The notes under the pieces: model-generated
The model's database searches: none
Seen by the model: only the letters and a program-made list of their open reading frames with translations
Told to the model about the DNA's origin: nothing
Assembly (NCBI GenBank): GCA_964016885.1
Contig: OZ024742.1
Coordinates: 258,478,001-258,542,000, forward strand
Length of the DNA stretch: 64,000 nucleotides
Direction: 5' to 3'
Origin: Eledone cirrhosa
Taxonomy: Eukaryota
Shown: piece by piece, positions 12,693 to 25,399 of the stretch
How the letters are laid out: the number at the start of each line of letters is the position of its first letter
How positions within the stretch are numbered: the stretch's first letter is position 1
Translations under genes and position numbers: made by a program

Positions 12693-12771
12693 CACCCGCT
12701 GATCAGCAAGAATTTGGTATTTATCTACACAATTAATATTGCGAAACTGTATTATCAAAACTGTCCGGATG
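12693..12771 (+). ncRNA. Hammerhead ribozyme, tandem copy 2 (core mutated)
   Basis: cacccg-CTGATCA-gcaa..ttgc-GAAA-ctgt/actg-TC-cggatg; direct repeat of 12197-12302. Confidence 0.7.
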
Positions 12772-12840
12772 ATTAGTAGTTACCCCAACAATTCTGACGC
12801 ACCGATTAGTTTTACGGTAATCCTTACTAATCGGTGCGTC

Positions 12841-14528
12841 ATCAATGAAATCAACGATGCTGGGTTTAAAATCACATCTGTCTCAACATCCTGGACCGGA
12901 CCGAACCTCTGGACCCTATCTCTCCCCACTTTACCCTGAAGGATCACAAATCCAATTTTCCGAACAACCCCTCTATTCGGCTTATTAACCCTACGAAGTC
13001 CGATTTAGGTAGACTTAGTAAAACAATTCTTGATAGAATTATACCTGAAATTAGAAGTTTGGCCCCTCTCGCACTGTGGAACAATTCTTTCGCGGTGATT
13101 GATTGGTTCAACAGCATATCTAACAAGGAACATTGCCGTTTTATCCAATTCGACATCAACAATTACTACTCCTCCATCACTTTACCACTTCTCCTTAGAG
13201 CTATCAATTTCGTTAAAACACTCACAGTGGTTAAGGATTTTGAAGTTGATGTCATCCTTAATTCCCGTAAGTCGGTGATTAATTTCGACGACTCTATTTG
13301 GATTAAAAAATCCAATAGTACCCCATTCGACGTGAGTATGGGCGCCAGTGACTCTGCGGAGGTTACTGATCTTATTGGTTTTTCCTACTTTTCTCTATCA
13401 AGGACGAATTCCCCAACGCGGGCGGTGGTTTGTACCGTGACGATCGTCTTTTCACCATGACTAAGTGCGGACCTCGTGCTTGCGACAGGTTCAGAAAAGA
13501 ACTCACAGCCTTCTTTAAAGGCTTCAACCTCTCTATACAGGTTGAGGCCAATCTCTCGGTTGCTAATTACCTCGACGTTACCCTCAATTTATTGAATGGG
13601 TTGTATTACCCGTATAGAAAGCCGAATGATACGCTTAATTACATAAGTAAGCATTCCAACCATCCTGCCAGCATAACCAAGAACCTAGTAAGAAACGTTT
13701 CGTTGAGGCTTTCCCGTCTTTCCACCAACGAGCGCATTTTCAACGACCATCCCACTTATTACAATGAAGCTCTTGCTCGAAGTGGATTTTTCGATAAGGT
13801 AGCATATACAGAGTACGAAAATAGACCTAGAAGAAATAGATCCCGTCGCATTTGTTGGTTTAACCCACCATATAATATGGAGGTGGCCACACCATTAGCT
13901 AAGATCTTTCTTTCCCTTATTACGAAGCATTTTCCCCCTACACATAAATATAGTAACATTTTTAATAGAAATACTATTAAAGTTTCTTACTCTACGACTC
14001 CTAACCGTGCACATAACATCACAGCTTCAAATTTAGCTAAACTACCTAGCCGTAGGAACACGTGCAACCCTGTAGTTAGTACTAACTGTAATTGTAGGAA
14101 TCGAGCTGATTGCCCCCTATCCGGGAAATGCCTCTCTAGTAACATTGTCTACAAATGTAAGGTTGTAACACCCACATCCCATAGGGCCTACATAGGGTTA
14201 ACCGCCAATAGTTTCAAGAAGCGTCTTTACATGCATACCCATTCTTTTCGCTACCCTCTAAGAAGGAATGTGACGTCACTTTCAGCTTATATCTGGAGTC
14301 TAAAAGATAACCACACCTAATATAAGTTACACTGGGAGATCCTAGCTAGGGCTAGATCGTATAACGGAAATAAAAGACCATGTGACCTCTGCGCCGCTGA
14401 GGCCCTGGAAATACTCTACGCCACAGAACACATCTTAAACAAAAAATGTGAGGCAATTTCGGCTTGTAAACCTAAATTGCACAAAACTTTCCTGTATTAC
14501 AGCCCCACGTTATACCCTAACGGATAGC
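12841..14528 (+). pseudogene. PLE RT-endonuclease ORF, frameshifted near 13380-13430, premature stop at 14318
   Basis: ORF pieces 13059-13460 and 13430-14320; homology continues past the stop to ~14528. Confidence 0.85.
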
Positions 14529-15096
14529 ACGTTCTATACGTGGATATTTTACGTCTTGATGTGGGAGCTAAGTATATGTTTTGTTTATTCCTTTACTTAT
14601 TTGCATAGGTAAGTATATATTACCCGTATGTTTTGTGAAGGTATGTATACTTTCTCGTACGTATATTTGACTGTTATGGCGTATCATTTTTACATAGTCT
14701 GGTATTTAGGGTTTGGCTATGTGTATACGGGAGTTTTGCCTCTGCCTGAGTATGCAGGTTCGTACGTATGGTGGGTGTGTGTATATGTGTACTTCTTGTT
14801 TTAGTTGACTTACGTCTCCGAACATTCGTGTATTTATATGTAGGTATGCGTGTGCGTTTGTTATATACGTATTTATTTACTTATATACGTTGATATAATT
14901 ATTTATTTATTTATTTGTACACAAGCATACACACACACACACATATTTATATGTGCGTGGATTTGTATACCTATGGTAAGGTTTTGCGTATGCTTGTGTA
15001 TGTAAGTATCTGTTTGCATGTATGTATTTATTTGTTTCTATTACTTCTGTATTGTATTTATTTACTTTGTTCTTAACTCTGTAGCGGAGATTAATT

Positions 15097-15367
15097 TTAG
15101 TCTACGACTTCTGCTATACCATTTACGTGGTTTTGTCTTTGCGTGCTATTGTTCTCCACGCTCCACATATGACTTATCATCTTCGTTTTTTCGTTCATTG
15201 CCAGAGAACGTCTCTATGCACCACCTAAGAGAACATTAGTCTACGACCTCTTTTATACCATAAACGATGTTCTGTCTTTGCGCGTAATTGTTTTTCACCG
15301 CTCCTATTAATGACGTATTATTCGTTTTTTCCCGTTCTTTGCCAGCGAACGTTACCACGAACCTAAG
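15097..15367 (+). repeat. Diverged tandem duplication (~140-bp unit x2) in PLE 3' region
   Basis: ttagtctacgac...tgccag.gaacg...acctaag at ~15097 and ~15237. Confidence 0.75.
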
Positions 15368-15605
15368 TATCGTCTTCCTGTCTTCCTCCGGTTGCAACGT
15401 TTTTTGAAATATCCAGTTCTGCGTTTACAAATTGACTTTGTTAGTTTCAGAAGATCCCGTTAAGGGTGAAAGCGGCGATTCTTTGCTTAAACTTTAATCT
15501 GTTATTTTAATAAATATTTGCTCTACGGTTCTTATATATTTGATATATATTTTCCTTATCGAGCCCTCTTTGGATTTTAGTCTTCAATGTTATTATTATT
15601 ATTAT

Positions 15606-15721
<116 letters not shown>

Positions 15722-15732
15722 ATATATATATA

Positions 15733-16081
15733 AATAGTAATAATAATAAATCTGAAGACTAAAATCAAAAGAGGGCTCGATAAGGATAAATATATATCAA
15801 ATATATAAGAACCGTAGCGCAAATATTTATTTAAAATAACAGATTAAAGTTTAAGCAAAGAATCGACGCTTTCGCCCTTAACGGGATCTTCGGAAACTAG
15901 AAAAAAATCAATCTGTGAAATTTGGCGATACTTTGGTTCCAAAGTATCGTCTTCCTGTCTTTCTTCGGTTGCAACGTTTTTTGAAATATTTACTTCTGCG
16001 TTCACAGATTGATTTTTTAGTTTCAGAAGATCCCGTTAAGGGTGAAAGCAGCGATTCTTTGCTTAAACTTTAATCTGTTAC

Positions 16082-16088
<7 letters not shown>
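15733..16088. repeat. Inverted (15733-~15920) then direct (~15940-16088) partial copies of pseudo-LTR 15365-15610
   Basis: Shared agaagatcccgttaagggtgaaagc..gattctttgcttaaactttaatctgtta in three copies. Confidence 0.85.
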
Positions 16089-16117
<29 letters not shown>

Positions 16118-16325
16118 TTTCTGAATTTGTTGAGCAAGATTCTTTATCTGAAATCGTGTGTTGAAACCGATATTGTTATACATTGTGAGGGTCATGTTGC
16201 CAATAAGAAACACACGCACCAGTTTCTTTCACTTCAATTTATTATAATAAATTTATAATAAATTTATAAATTTATAAATTTCTGGTTGGTTGGTTGGTTC
16301 CACAACCAGATAGTTGCTTATATAT

Positions 16326-16370
16326 AGTCATAGTTATTTCGTCACACACTCTGTGACATCTTCAGTGACT
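16326..16370 (-). ncRNA. Minimal type I hammerhead ribozyme
   Basis: agtca-CTGAAGA-t-gtcaca/tgtgac-GAAA-taac-TA-tgact. Confidence 0.7.
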
Positions 16371-16943
16371 GGGGATTCCTTTCTTTGTTTCTGTGCTTCT
16401 CCTTTGTTCTGTCCTACGCCATTTTGTTTCTGTGCGTGTGTTGTGTGCTCAGTCTGCGCATGCGCCACATCCGGGTGTCTGTGTGTGTTTATGTTCATTT
16501 ATTTATTTGTTTATTTACATGTTACTGGTTGGTTGTTTGTTCTATGTGTGTGTGTATTTTCATTTTGTCCTTAATTGTAAGTTGTGATGTTGCTGTTCCA
16601 CTCATATTTTCTATTTAATTTTGGTTGTAATTCTTTTATGTTTATTGCCTTTGTAATTACAGAGGCAATAAACATAAAAGAATTACAACCAAAATTAAAT
16701 AGAAAATATGAGTGGAACAGCAACATCACAACTTACAATTAAGGACAAAATAAAAACACACACACACATAGAACAAACAACCAACCAGTAACATGTAGAT
16801 AAACAAATAAATAAATGAACATAAACACACACAGACACCCGGATGTGGCGCATGCGCAGACTGAACACACAACACACACACAGAAACAAAATGGCGTAGG
16901 ACAGAACAAAGGAGAGGCACAGAAACAAAGAAAGTTATCCCCC

Positions 16944-16986
16944 GTCACTGAAGAGGTCACAGAGTGTGTGAGGAAAGAACTATGAC
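16944..16986 (+). ncRNA. Minimal type I hammerhead ribozyme
   Basis: gtca-CTGAAGA-ggtcaca..tgtgag-GAAA-gaac-TA-tgac. Confidence 0.65.
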
Positions 16987-17123
16987 TATATATAAACAAC
17001 TATCTGGTTGTGGAACCAACCAACCACAAATTTATAAATTTATTATAAATTTATCATAATAAATTGAAGTGAATGCAACTGGTGCGTGTGTTTCTTATTG
17101 GCAACATGACCCTCCCAAAGTAT

Positions 17124-17163
<40 letters not shown>

Positions 17164-17165
<2 letters not shown>

Positions 17166-17750
17166 CGTTTCTGAATTTGTTTAGCAAGATCCTTTATCTG
17201 AAAACGTGTGTTGAAACCGATATGGTTAAAACCGATACTTTGGGCGGGTCATGTTGCCAATAAGAAACACACGCACATTGCTTTCACTTCAATTTATTAT
17301 AAATTAAATTTATCAATTTAGGAATTTATAAATGTACGGTTGGTTGGTTGGTTCTACAACCAGAAGATTATTCATATATTGTCAAAGTCCTTTCGCCTCA
17401 CATTATGTGACCTCTTCAGTGACTAGTGATTATTTTCTTTGTTTTTGTGCTTCTCCTTTGTTCTGTCCTACGCCATCTTGTTTTTGTGTGTGTTGTGTGC
17501 TTAGTTTACGCATGTGTTACATCCAGCTGTCTGTGCGTGTTTATATTTGTTTATTTATTTGTTTATTTACATGTTACTGGTTGGTTGTTTGGTCTATGTG
17601 TGTGTGTGTTTTCATGTTGTCCTTAATTGTAAGTTGTGATGTTGCTATTCCATTCATGCTTTCTATTTATTCTATTTAATTTGGGTTGGAGTTCATTTAT
17701 GTTTATTGCCTCTGTGATTTGTCTAAAAATTGCGTCTTTTAAATAGAAAG
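17164..17750 (-). mobile_element. Third, more diverged pseudo-LTR plus endonuclease C-terminus of the same family; HHR remnant at 17381-17423
   Basis: Minus strand encodes KDAIFRQITEAININELQPKLNR; CTGAAGA..GAAA present. Confidence 0.85.
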
Positions 17751-18716
17751 CATGAATGGAATAGTTCAATCTGTATCTGTTTCTCCCGTTGTATTTTTTT
17801 TTTGCCTCCCTTTGTCTTTTGTTTTTAACAACGTTACTTCTGCTTACTGCTGCTGTTGTTTCCATTCGTATAGCACACAGACTGTATCTTCGTATCTTAC
17901 GCCATTGCCTCCATTCACTTTTTCCATTGCTGCTACTTTTATTTCCGCGTACTGTGCGGTTGCTTCCTCTCGACCAGCAAAAAAAAAAAACTTTCTTTCG
18001 CCGATCCCAGCTTGATGCGGACGTACCCTCATTGCTTGCTCATTCCTCTATTCTAGCTTTTGAACGACAGAGATTTGATTCCTGTTGCGCGCTCAATACT
18101 TCTGGACATAATCTAGTCCTAGTCCTTCCCTCACGCAAGAAACTATGTTAAAGTATTATATTATATTGTAAGTATTCTGGGAAGCTGATGATTCAAATAA
18201 CGTTAAGTTCCTTATTCTTGTTAGTCTATTCTCTCCATCTTTCTACCCATCACATCGTCTTTCTCCGCAAGTCCTGCTCCGTCGTTTTCATCCCCATTTT
18301 CTCCTCTCCTACTCTTCCCTTCTCATTCTCTATACCCCTCTCATTTCTCAGATCTTACTTTGACTTTCTTTCTCCCTCTCTCTCCCAATCTCCATTCGAT
18401 TTGTGGTTGGTAATGCGCGATTCGCTACTGATCAGGTCATGGTCCGATTTGTATCGATCTGCTCTGACTCTGGAATCGAAGAGGTCCGACGAGCTTTTGA
18501 TTCCAGAATGGGGCCAAATCTATACAGATCGAACCTTGACCTGATGAATAGTGAAACGCGTGTCACCAATCAATAAACGTGATGAAGGCATAACAAATCG
18601 TCCTTATATTATTATATTTGCACTCTGTTTAGCTCTACACCTCGCTACAGATGTGAACCTAAACGTCGAATACGCACCTGTGTGAAGCTACAGTAACTTA
18701 CCGTTACACTCCCTGG
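17750..18716 (+). mobile_element. Non-coding pseudo-LTR-like element with 183-nt hairpin and HHR-like motif
   Basis: CT-rich body; fold-back 18397-18579; tgac-CTGATGA-atagt-GAAA-cgcg-t-gtca then AATAAA; ends at (GATATA)n. Confidence 0.5.
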
Positions 18717-19344
18717 ATATAGATATAGATATAGATATAGATATAGTTATGATTTGTGTGCGTATGCATTTCAGCGTTTCAAAGATCAGGAAGACGAATA
18801 TTTGAACACTTACGATTTATTATAATGATATCGATTTCATATACTCAAAGTTCTCCGTAACGCAAAGTATGTTGAAATATTGCAATCTCATATGTCGACG
18901 TGTCGGTCGTTATTAAAACCTAATTAATGACATATTAAAGCATATGTAACAGCATTGTATAGGAAGATGCTCTTAGAAAACAAAAACTAAAAAGTAGGCT
19001 TTTGACTGTGTTGCCTTAACTTTGTATGGACCATTGATGTAAATATTTCAATTATTTTATTTCCTTTTTCGGTCCTTGATCACACTTGCTTGTACGTATT
19101 GCTGTTGACTTAAGCTGAACCCTTAAATGTTCGCCCAGCAGGGTGGAGATTATTGAGAGGACGGCTGATTCGTATCAAAACTCCTTCCTCAAAATATCCA
19201 ATCAGGCAAATACTCACGCATTGGGTGTCCAAAAGATCTTTTCATTAATCATCAATTGGGAAAAGTTCAATTTTGTATATAAATTAGTTTTATCATGATT
19301 TGCGTTTTGTGGTTTTCTATTTCAAGTTTATGATTATTGTTAAT

Positions 19345-19540
19345 CTGCTGTCTAGGCGATCCGATTTGCAGCGGGGTAGCGTGCTCTGAGAATATAATAG
19401 CAAGAATAAAGATAGGATGAAAAATGTTTAGAGACCTACACCCACATTGGAAAATAAAGGGTTTCTACCTATGTAAAAAAGGTCAACTGAATGACGCCTG
19501 TGTCCGAGGTGTGATGCTGCTTGGTAGTGAAACATGTTGG
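19345..19540 (+). mobile_element. RTE-clade LINE fragment (post-RT region)
   Basis: Translates CCLGDPICSGVACSENIIARIKIG*KMFRDL...KGQLNDACVRGVMLLGSETC, matching the RTE YLGD..RI..GW.KF..YGSETW pattern. Confidence 0.8.
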
Positions 19541-19943
19541 ATAAACAATGTAAGTGTGAGAGGAAAGGCAGAACTTGGATGGGCTGAGGGATAAATTGGT
19601 TTAAGTGCTAGCTTTCTGCTGAGAACGAAAACCAAATTTGTTTTTAATTTTCGGCAATGCGGGCCTTTAAATCGCACGGTAGGCACATTATTCTAATCAG
19701 CCGATGTATAACTTTCATAATTCTATGTATTCTCAGCAGCTGGAGTGGGTAGCTGCAGCGAACGAGTATATAATCTTGACAAGTGACAATATCTCCGAAA
19801 TAATTGTCGACTATTTTCTTTCAGATAGCGCTGGAGCAAAAAGGTAATATCAGTCATCTAAAAAACACACATGGTGTCATCAGGCTTTTTGCTTGCAAAC
19901 GAACCGAATGTCAATAATATTATTATTCACACACGAATGAATT

Positions 19944-20044
<101 letters not shown>

Positions 20045-20833
20045 CTATTCTAAAGCTGATAGTCCACTCGGAATATTTTCTGCCTGACATTATTGCATTT
20101 AAATATTCTTCTTTATTCTCAGAAATACGAATATAGGAGATAATATATAAATGTTACCGTGTCCAACATATAGCTGCCCTCGTATTGAATGTTGCTTCAT
20201 AGCAAACAAGTAAAATCCTATCATATACAGAGCAATGACTCAGTGAAGATATTGACATGAATTTAATTTAGAAATATGATCAAAGGCACACGGAGATACT
20301 GAAATTACTGAAGAACAGTAATACTTATAGAACGAAGCAAAATACAACACTGGTAAATGAAATGTAATATTATAAACACTTTACATCTAAAAGGAAATCG
20401 TACCTAAACAAATAAATAAAGTATTGTTGGAAAGTTACCCTATATTTATATTCTCAACTGGAAATTGACTCAAGTAGAAAACGTAAACAGGAACACTAGA
20501 ATTGACATTTTGAAGACATCACCGCAAATACGATCAATAGTATTATATCCACCAGAAGCACACAGAGACAGAGGTATTGTGACAATCGAATCTAGTATAG
20601 AGAAGACTGTTCAAAATGCACAGCAAAGCATGAAATGAAAATATGCAAATAGCAACGAATGTAAATACAAACAAACGTTGTTTGTTGCAACACATTTCAA
20701 ATATTTGTGAGGAACATAGAAAATGGATGACTGCAATTATATTTATGGAGAAAGAAACTCTGGTTGTCTACAGTAGAATATGTGTCCTACAATTAGGTGT
20801 TACGGGATCTTACCTGGATGCATTATTTATTTT

Positions 20834-21240
20834 GACGGTGGTATATTGGCAGTATCGGTAGAACGTCGGACATCATGCTTTACGGCATAGCGTTATGGCT
20901 ATTTACGTTCTGAGTTCAAACCCGCCGAGGTTAACTCTGCCGTTCATCATTATGGGGTCGATGAAATAAAGTACCAGTAATGCACTTGAGTAATTGCTGG
21001 CCTTGTGCCAGAAGAAGAACAAATTATTTATTTTTACGGTGGATTTTGGCGGTGGATTGGTCGTATCGGTAAAGCGTCAGACATCATGCTTTACAGCATA
21101 GAGTTATGGCCCTTTACGGTCTGTGTTCAAACCCCACCGAGGTTAACTTTGCCTTTCATCCTTACGAGGTCGATAAAATAAAGTACCAGTAATGCACTGA
21201 GGTAATTGCTGGCCTTGTGCCAAAAGTATAAACAATTATT
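20834..21240 (+). mobile_element. Two tandem SINE family A copies (20834-21025, 21048-21240)
   Basis: Both have head, B box g(a/t)gttcaaaccc, central domain and tail. Confidence 0.9.
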
Positions 21241-22161
21241 TATTTTTACTTTAATCTTATGGTATCTGGTTTAAATTACAGTTGTTTTTTTTTTAACTTT
21301 TCTAGTCTTTTCGATTGTTTGTTATTATTTGTGTTGTCTAGTATAACGTTTCTGATTTTAGTTATATATTTAAGTATTTATTGGTTAAGCTTATAACGTC
21401 CTTCCTTTAGACAAATGGTTTATGCGTAAGTCAAATGAAAAGGTTGGTGGGACTTTGTTTACAAATCAATGTTTTCCGAGGTGTTATTTCCTTCGATTGG
21501 TTAGTTATTTCGGGATTAGAGTACTAGATAAATATAAATATTTCGTTTTCGGAAATCTGAAATTTATCGTTACGTGTGTAGTTTACGCCAGTGAGGATAT
21601 CTATAATGCGGTTAGCAGTATAATTTAAAACAGAGTCAAGTCGGCATAATATAATTTGTATTCGGCTCTTATATGACGATATATAATTGAAGATTGTTAT
21701 TCGGGGTGCTTCTGATTCACTGTCAGTCGAGTTCCAATTACGCAAAAAAGTAGTATTAAATGGAGAAATATATAGAGAATAATTACAGAAAAAAACAATT
21801 CATTAACAAATATATACCTCAATTAATTATCTAATTGTTCCTCATTATACAATAAATAATGATGGAACAACCAATTTATACACATCTGTAAGCACACCAA
21901 TACATGTACAACCCCATACATTATACATAGACACACATACACACGCACACACAGACACCCCCCCCCCCACAAACACACACAAACACACTCACACACACAC
22001 GCACACATACGCGCAAGCACAAACTAATACAAATCATCACAAAATGAAACTAAAAATAATAACTCCGAAGACAATTTCTCTTGATTTGCATCTTCCAGCC
22101 AAAGCATTCCTTGCGGTTATTTATCTATTAAATGTATTTGAATCAGGACCCCTTTCCTGTC

Positions 22162-22227
<66 letters not shown>

Positions 22228-23042
22228 CTATATTTGTATTTTCTTTATATTTCTCTTCATTCTTTCTTGTATTCTTGTTATCTGCAAATCCTCAAATAAA
22301 CTTGAAATTTTGACACAATGGAATCCGGACTCTTCACTGAGACACATACAAACGACAAAAACAAAAGAAAAATCCCATCTCTAAACACATGACACTACCA
22401 AAAACAATGTTTCCTGATTAAATAACATTTCTCTTTTTCCAAGAAAGGTTTTTCTTCCTTGTACGATATTAATATTATCTAATACTTATTTCTATATTTC
22501 TCTTTGTATTTTCAATAGAACTTTCAATCATCTGTATATCTACTTTTAGCTTCTTATTTTCCCTATACCTTTGCTCTAAAAATACTGAAAATATGCTTGA
22601 ACTGTTCTTAAAATGTAAGACCACCTAGATATACACACACACACAAGTGTACTCAGAACAAATGTACACAGGTGTACGCACAGAACAAATGATACCAATT
22701 CCATCTAGGATTTTGTTCTGAATAGAAAGGGAATCTTTTTTCTTGTAAATCAATAGAATCTTGACCTGTTGAACATCACTTCTATATTCACCACTCCACT
22801 TTTGTAATGGACAAGAGGTGATTTTAAGAGAGAACACACATATAATATAACTGCTGAAAGCATATATGAGCAAGCATTTTAATTATTTGATAATATTGAC
22901 ACAGCAACCAGTAATATTCTATAACAGTTAAATGCACGTAATGTAACAAACACAAATATTTAATCTGTCAAAAAAAAAACTTTCCAGTTCGATTTGTGTG
23001 AAACGGTACCCTCGATTTCAATTATATATGTACCAAATATAG

Positions 23043-23115
<73 letters not shown>

Positions 23116-23359
23116 TATAGATATATATAAAATAATATTATTTATACTTATATATACACTATATGTCACATCCACTCCACTCTGTAAATACGAAACTGTT
23201 GATAACATTAATATCCATATAGATATATAATTTTTCTGTCGAATAGGAAGTTAATTATATGTCCAAACTTTGCTAGTGTTCCGATGAAACCAAACGAACG
23301 TTTGGAAGAAACGATTGTCAGCAATAAAATGTTTTGAACATAGTTTTGATTATTGTGTA

Positions 23360-23397
<38 letters not shown>

Positions 23398-23689
23398 TGT
23401 TTACACGTAATTCCGTGGTACTCTCGAAGCGGCGCCGCTCTGACATACATAGCATCCTGGGGATTTTAAATCTGCCAGACACCATGTCATTTGCAAGTTT
23501 GAACACAGCCGATTAATTCCCTAGACAGAGAGAAAAGAAGAGAGAAAGAGAGAAAGAGGAAGAATCGTTTTCAGAACTGGACTTATACTTTTTTTCGTCA
23601 ACATCGAAAGGATGAAAGGCAAAGGTGAACTCGACGGGATTTGAATAAAGTGTCCGGGAAACACTATATCTGACGCTCTAACGATTCTC

Positions 23690-23722
23690 TCTCACAAAGA
23701 GATAGATAGAACAAGAGAGATA

Positions 23723-23760
<38 letters not shown>

Positions 23761-23763
23761 GAT

Positions 23764-23831
<68 letters not shown>

Positions 23832-23969
23832 CAAGAGACAGACAGACAGAGACAGCAAGACTGTTGGTCTTAAACAAATGACATTCATCAGGATTGTACC
23901 CAGTAGAGGAACTTTCTAGATGAACATTCGAGACAGAATGAGGAACTTTACTCTCTTACTCTCTCTCAA

Positions 23970-24023
<54 letters not shown>

Positions 24024-24043
24024 CCTTCTCTCTCTTCTCTTCT

Positions 24044-24084
<41 letters not shown>

Positions 24085-24103
24085 GTATGTATATATATAT
24101 ACA

Positions 24104-24141
<38 letters not shown>

Positions 24142-24156
24142 AACAAGTTCAAGCCT

Positions 24157-24211
<55 letters not shown>

Positions 24212-24221
24212 TTCTCCCTCT

Positions 24222-24262
<41 letters not shown>

Positions 24263-24378
24263 CATATTCAGTGGATTGAAATTTGAAATCAAACATTAAG
24301 TCCAGATTGAACACAACAGTTACACAATGTGACACCAGGAACATCGACCGAAGGCACCGGCGATATATATTAGAAATA

Positions 24379-24450
<72 letters not shown>
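23690..24450. repeat. (GA)n, (CT)n and (TA)n microsatellite cluster
   Basis: Directly visible. Confidence 0.9.
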
Positions 24451-24451
<1 letters not shown>

Positions 24452-24539
24452 TAAACGAAATAGAAAATGCTGACAAATTGTTCACAGTTGAAAAATGGTT
24501 TAATTAGGAATAAAAGAGTATTAGTGATTGTATGGGTTA

Positions 24540-24900
24540 TTATTCAGTTGTGGTTTTAAGTTTTTAAGTTTTTACCGGTTGCGCATTTCTAAATGCTTTT
24601 CAAAAATAATTTTGAGATAGAGTGTCCGTGCTGATTGCTCTGATCTGATTAGTTTTGGGAATTCTACCTGTTTTTATGTTAAAAAAGTGGCTCCAGCGTT
24701 ATTTTTGTGTTGCAAAAATGCTTGTGGTCAAAACAATTTTGATTGGTCGGTAGAGGTCATGTGAATGTAAAAAGTTGATTTTGCGCCAAGACTGTTTTTA
24801 TGTTAAAAAAGTGGCTCCAGCAAAAATTCTTGGTCAAAACAATTTTGATTGGTCGGTAGAGGTCATGTGGATAAAAAATTGGTTTTGCGCCAAGATTGAG
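24540..24900. repeat. Unclassified interspersed repeat with ~105-bp internal tandem unit; second copy 62720-62860
   Basis: tttaccggttgcgcatttc.aaatgc.tttcaaaaataattttgagatagag shared by both loci; possibly Helentron-associated (inference). Confidence 0.65.
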
Positions 24901-24943
24901 AAATGACTCTTTCACAACAAATATGTGTGTGTGTGTGTGTGTA

Positions 24944-24975
<32 letters not shown>

Positions 24976-24979
24976 TGTG

Positions 24980-25038
<59 letters not shown>

Positions 25039-25110
25039 TAGTAGTAGTAGTAAGGTGTTCGATGCTGCGACAATGGCCAGCAGCGATGTGTGTCAAATGG
25101 CTATTAAGAT

Positions 25111-25178
<68 letters not shown>

Positions 25179-25399
25179 TGTGTGTGTGTGTGTGCGTGTG
25201 TGTGTGTGTGTATATATCAGAGTAATTCGATGGTCAGTGAGAATGTGTCTGAAAGCAATTTTAGCATGTCAAAAGATATTTTTCAGCTTTTGTCTTATAC
25301 GGAGAAGTGCGTGTGTGTGTGTGTGTGTATAAGTCTCTTTGTATGTTGATGTACGCGTGTGTATGTGTTTGCGTATATATGTGTGTGTGTGTGTGGGTG

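Larger units (their letters stand above)
16115..17130. mobile_element. ~1-kb palindrome of two inverted pseudo-LTRs of the 35030-36975 PLE family
   Basis: Left arm (minus) and right arm (plus) meet at ~16655; both match 36500-36975; (TA)n flanks. Confidence 0.9.

Noticed and set aside
13059-14528. Possible selenocysteine recoding, as in Naiad PLEs
   Set aside because: The endonuclease is C-terminal, Cys positions are TGY and the interruption is TAA; no in-frame TGA pattern seen
15441-15482. CAGAAGA-tcccgttaagggt-GAAA-gcggc motif in three pseudo-LTR copies
   Set aside because: All three copies lack the core U (CAG/CCG/CAG) and stem I does not pair; at most an atypical relic
20834-21240. tRNA genes suggested by A/B boxes, or a CRISPR-like repeat array
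   Set aside because: These are SINE heads without a cloverleaf; eukaryotic context with no regular repeat-spacer pattern
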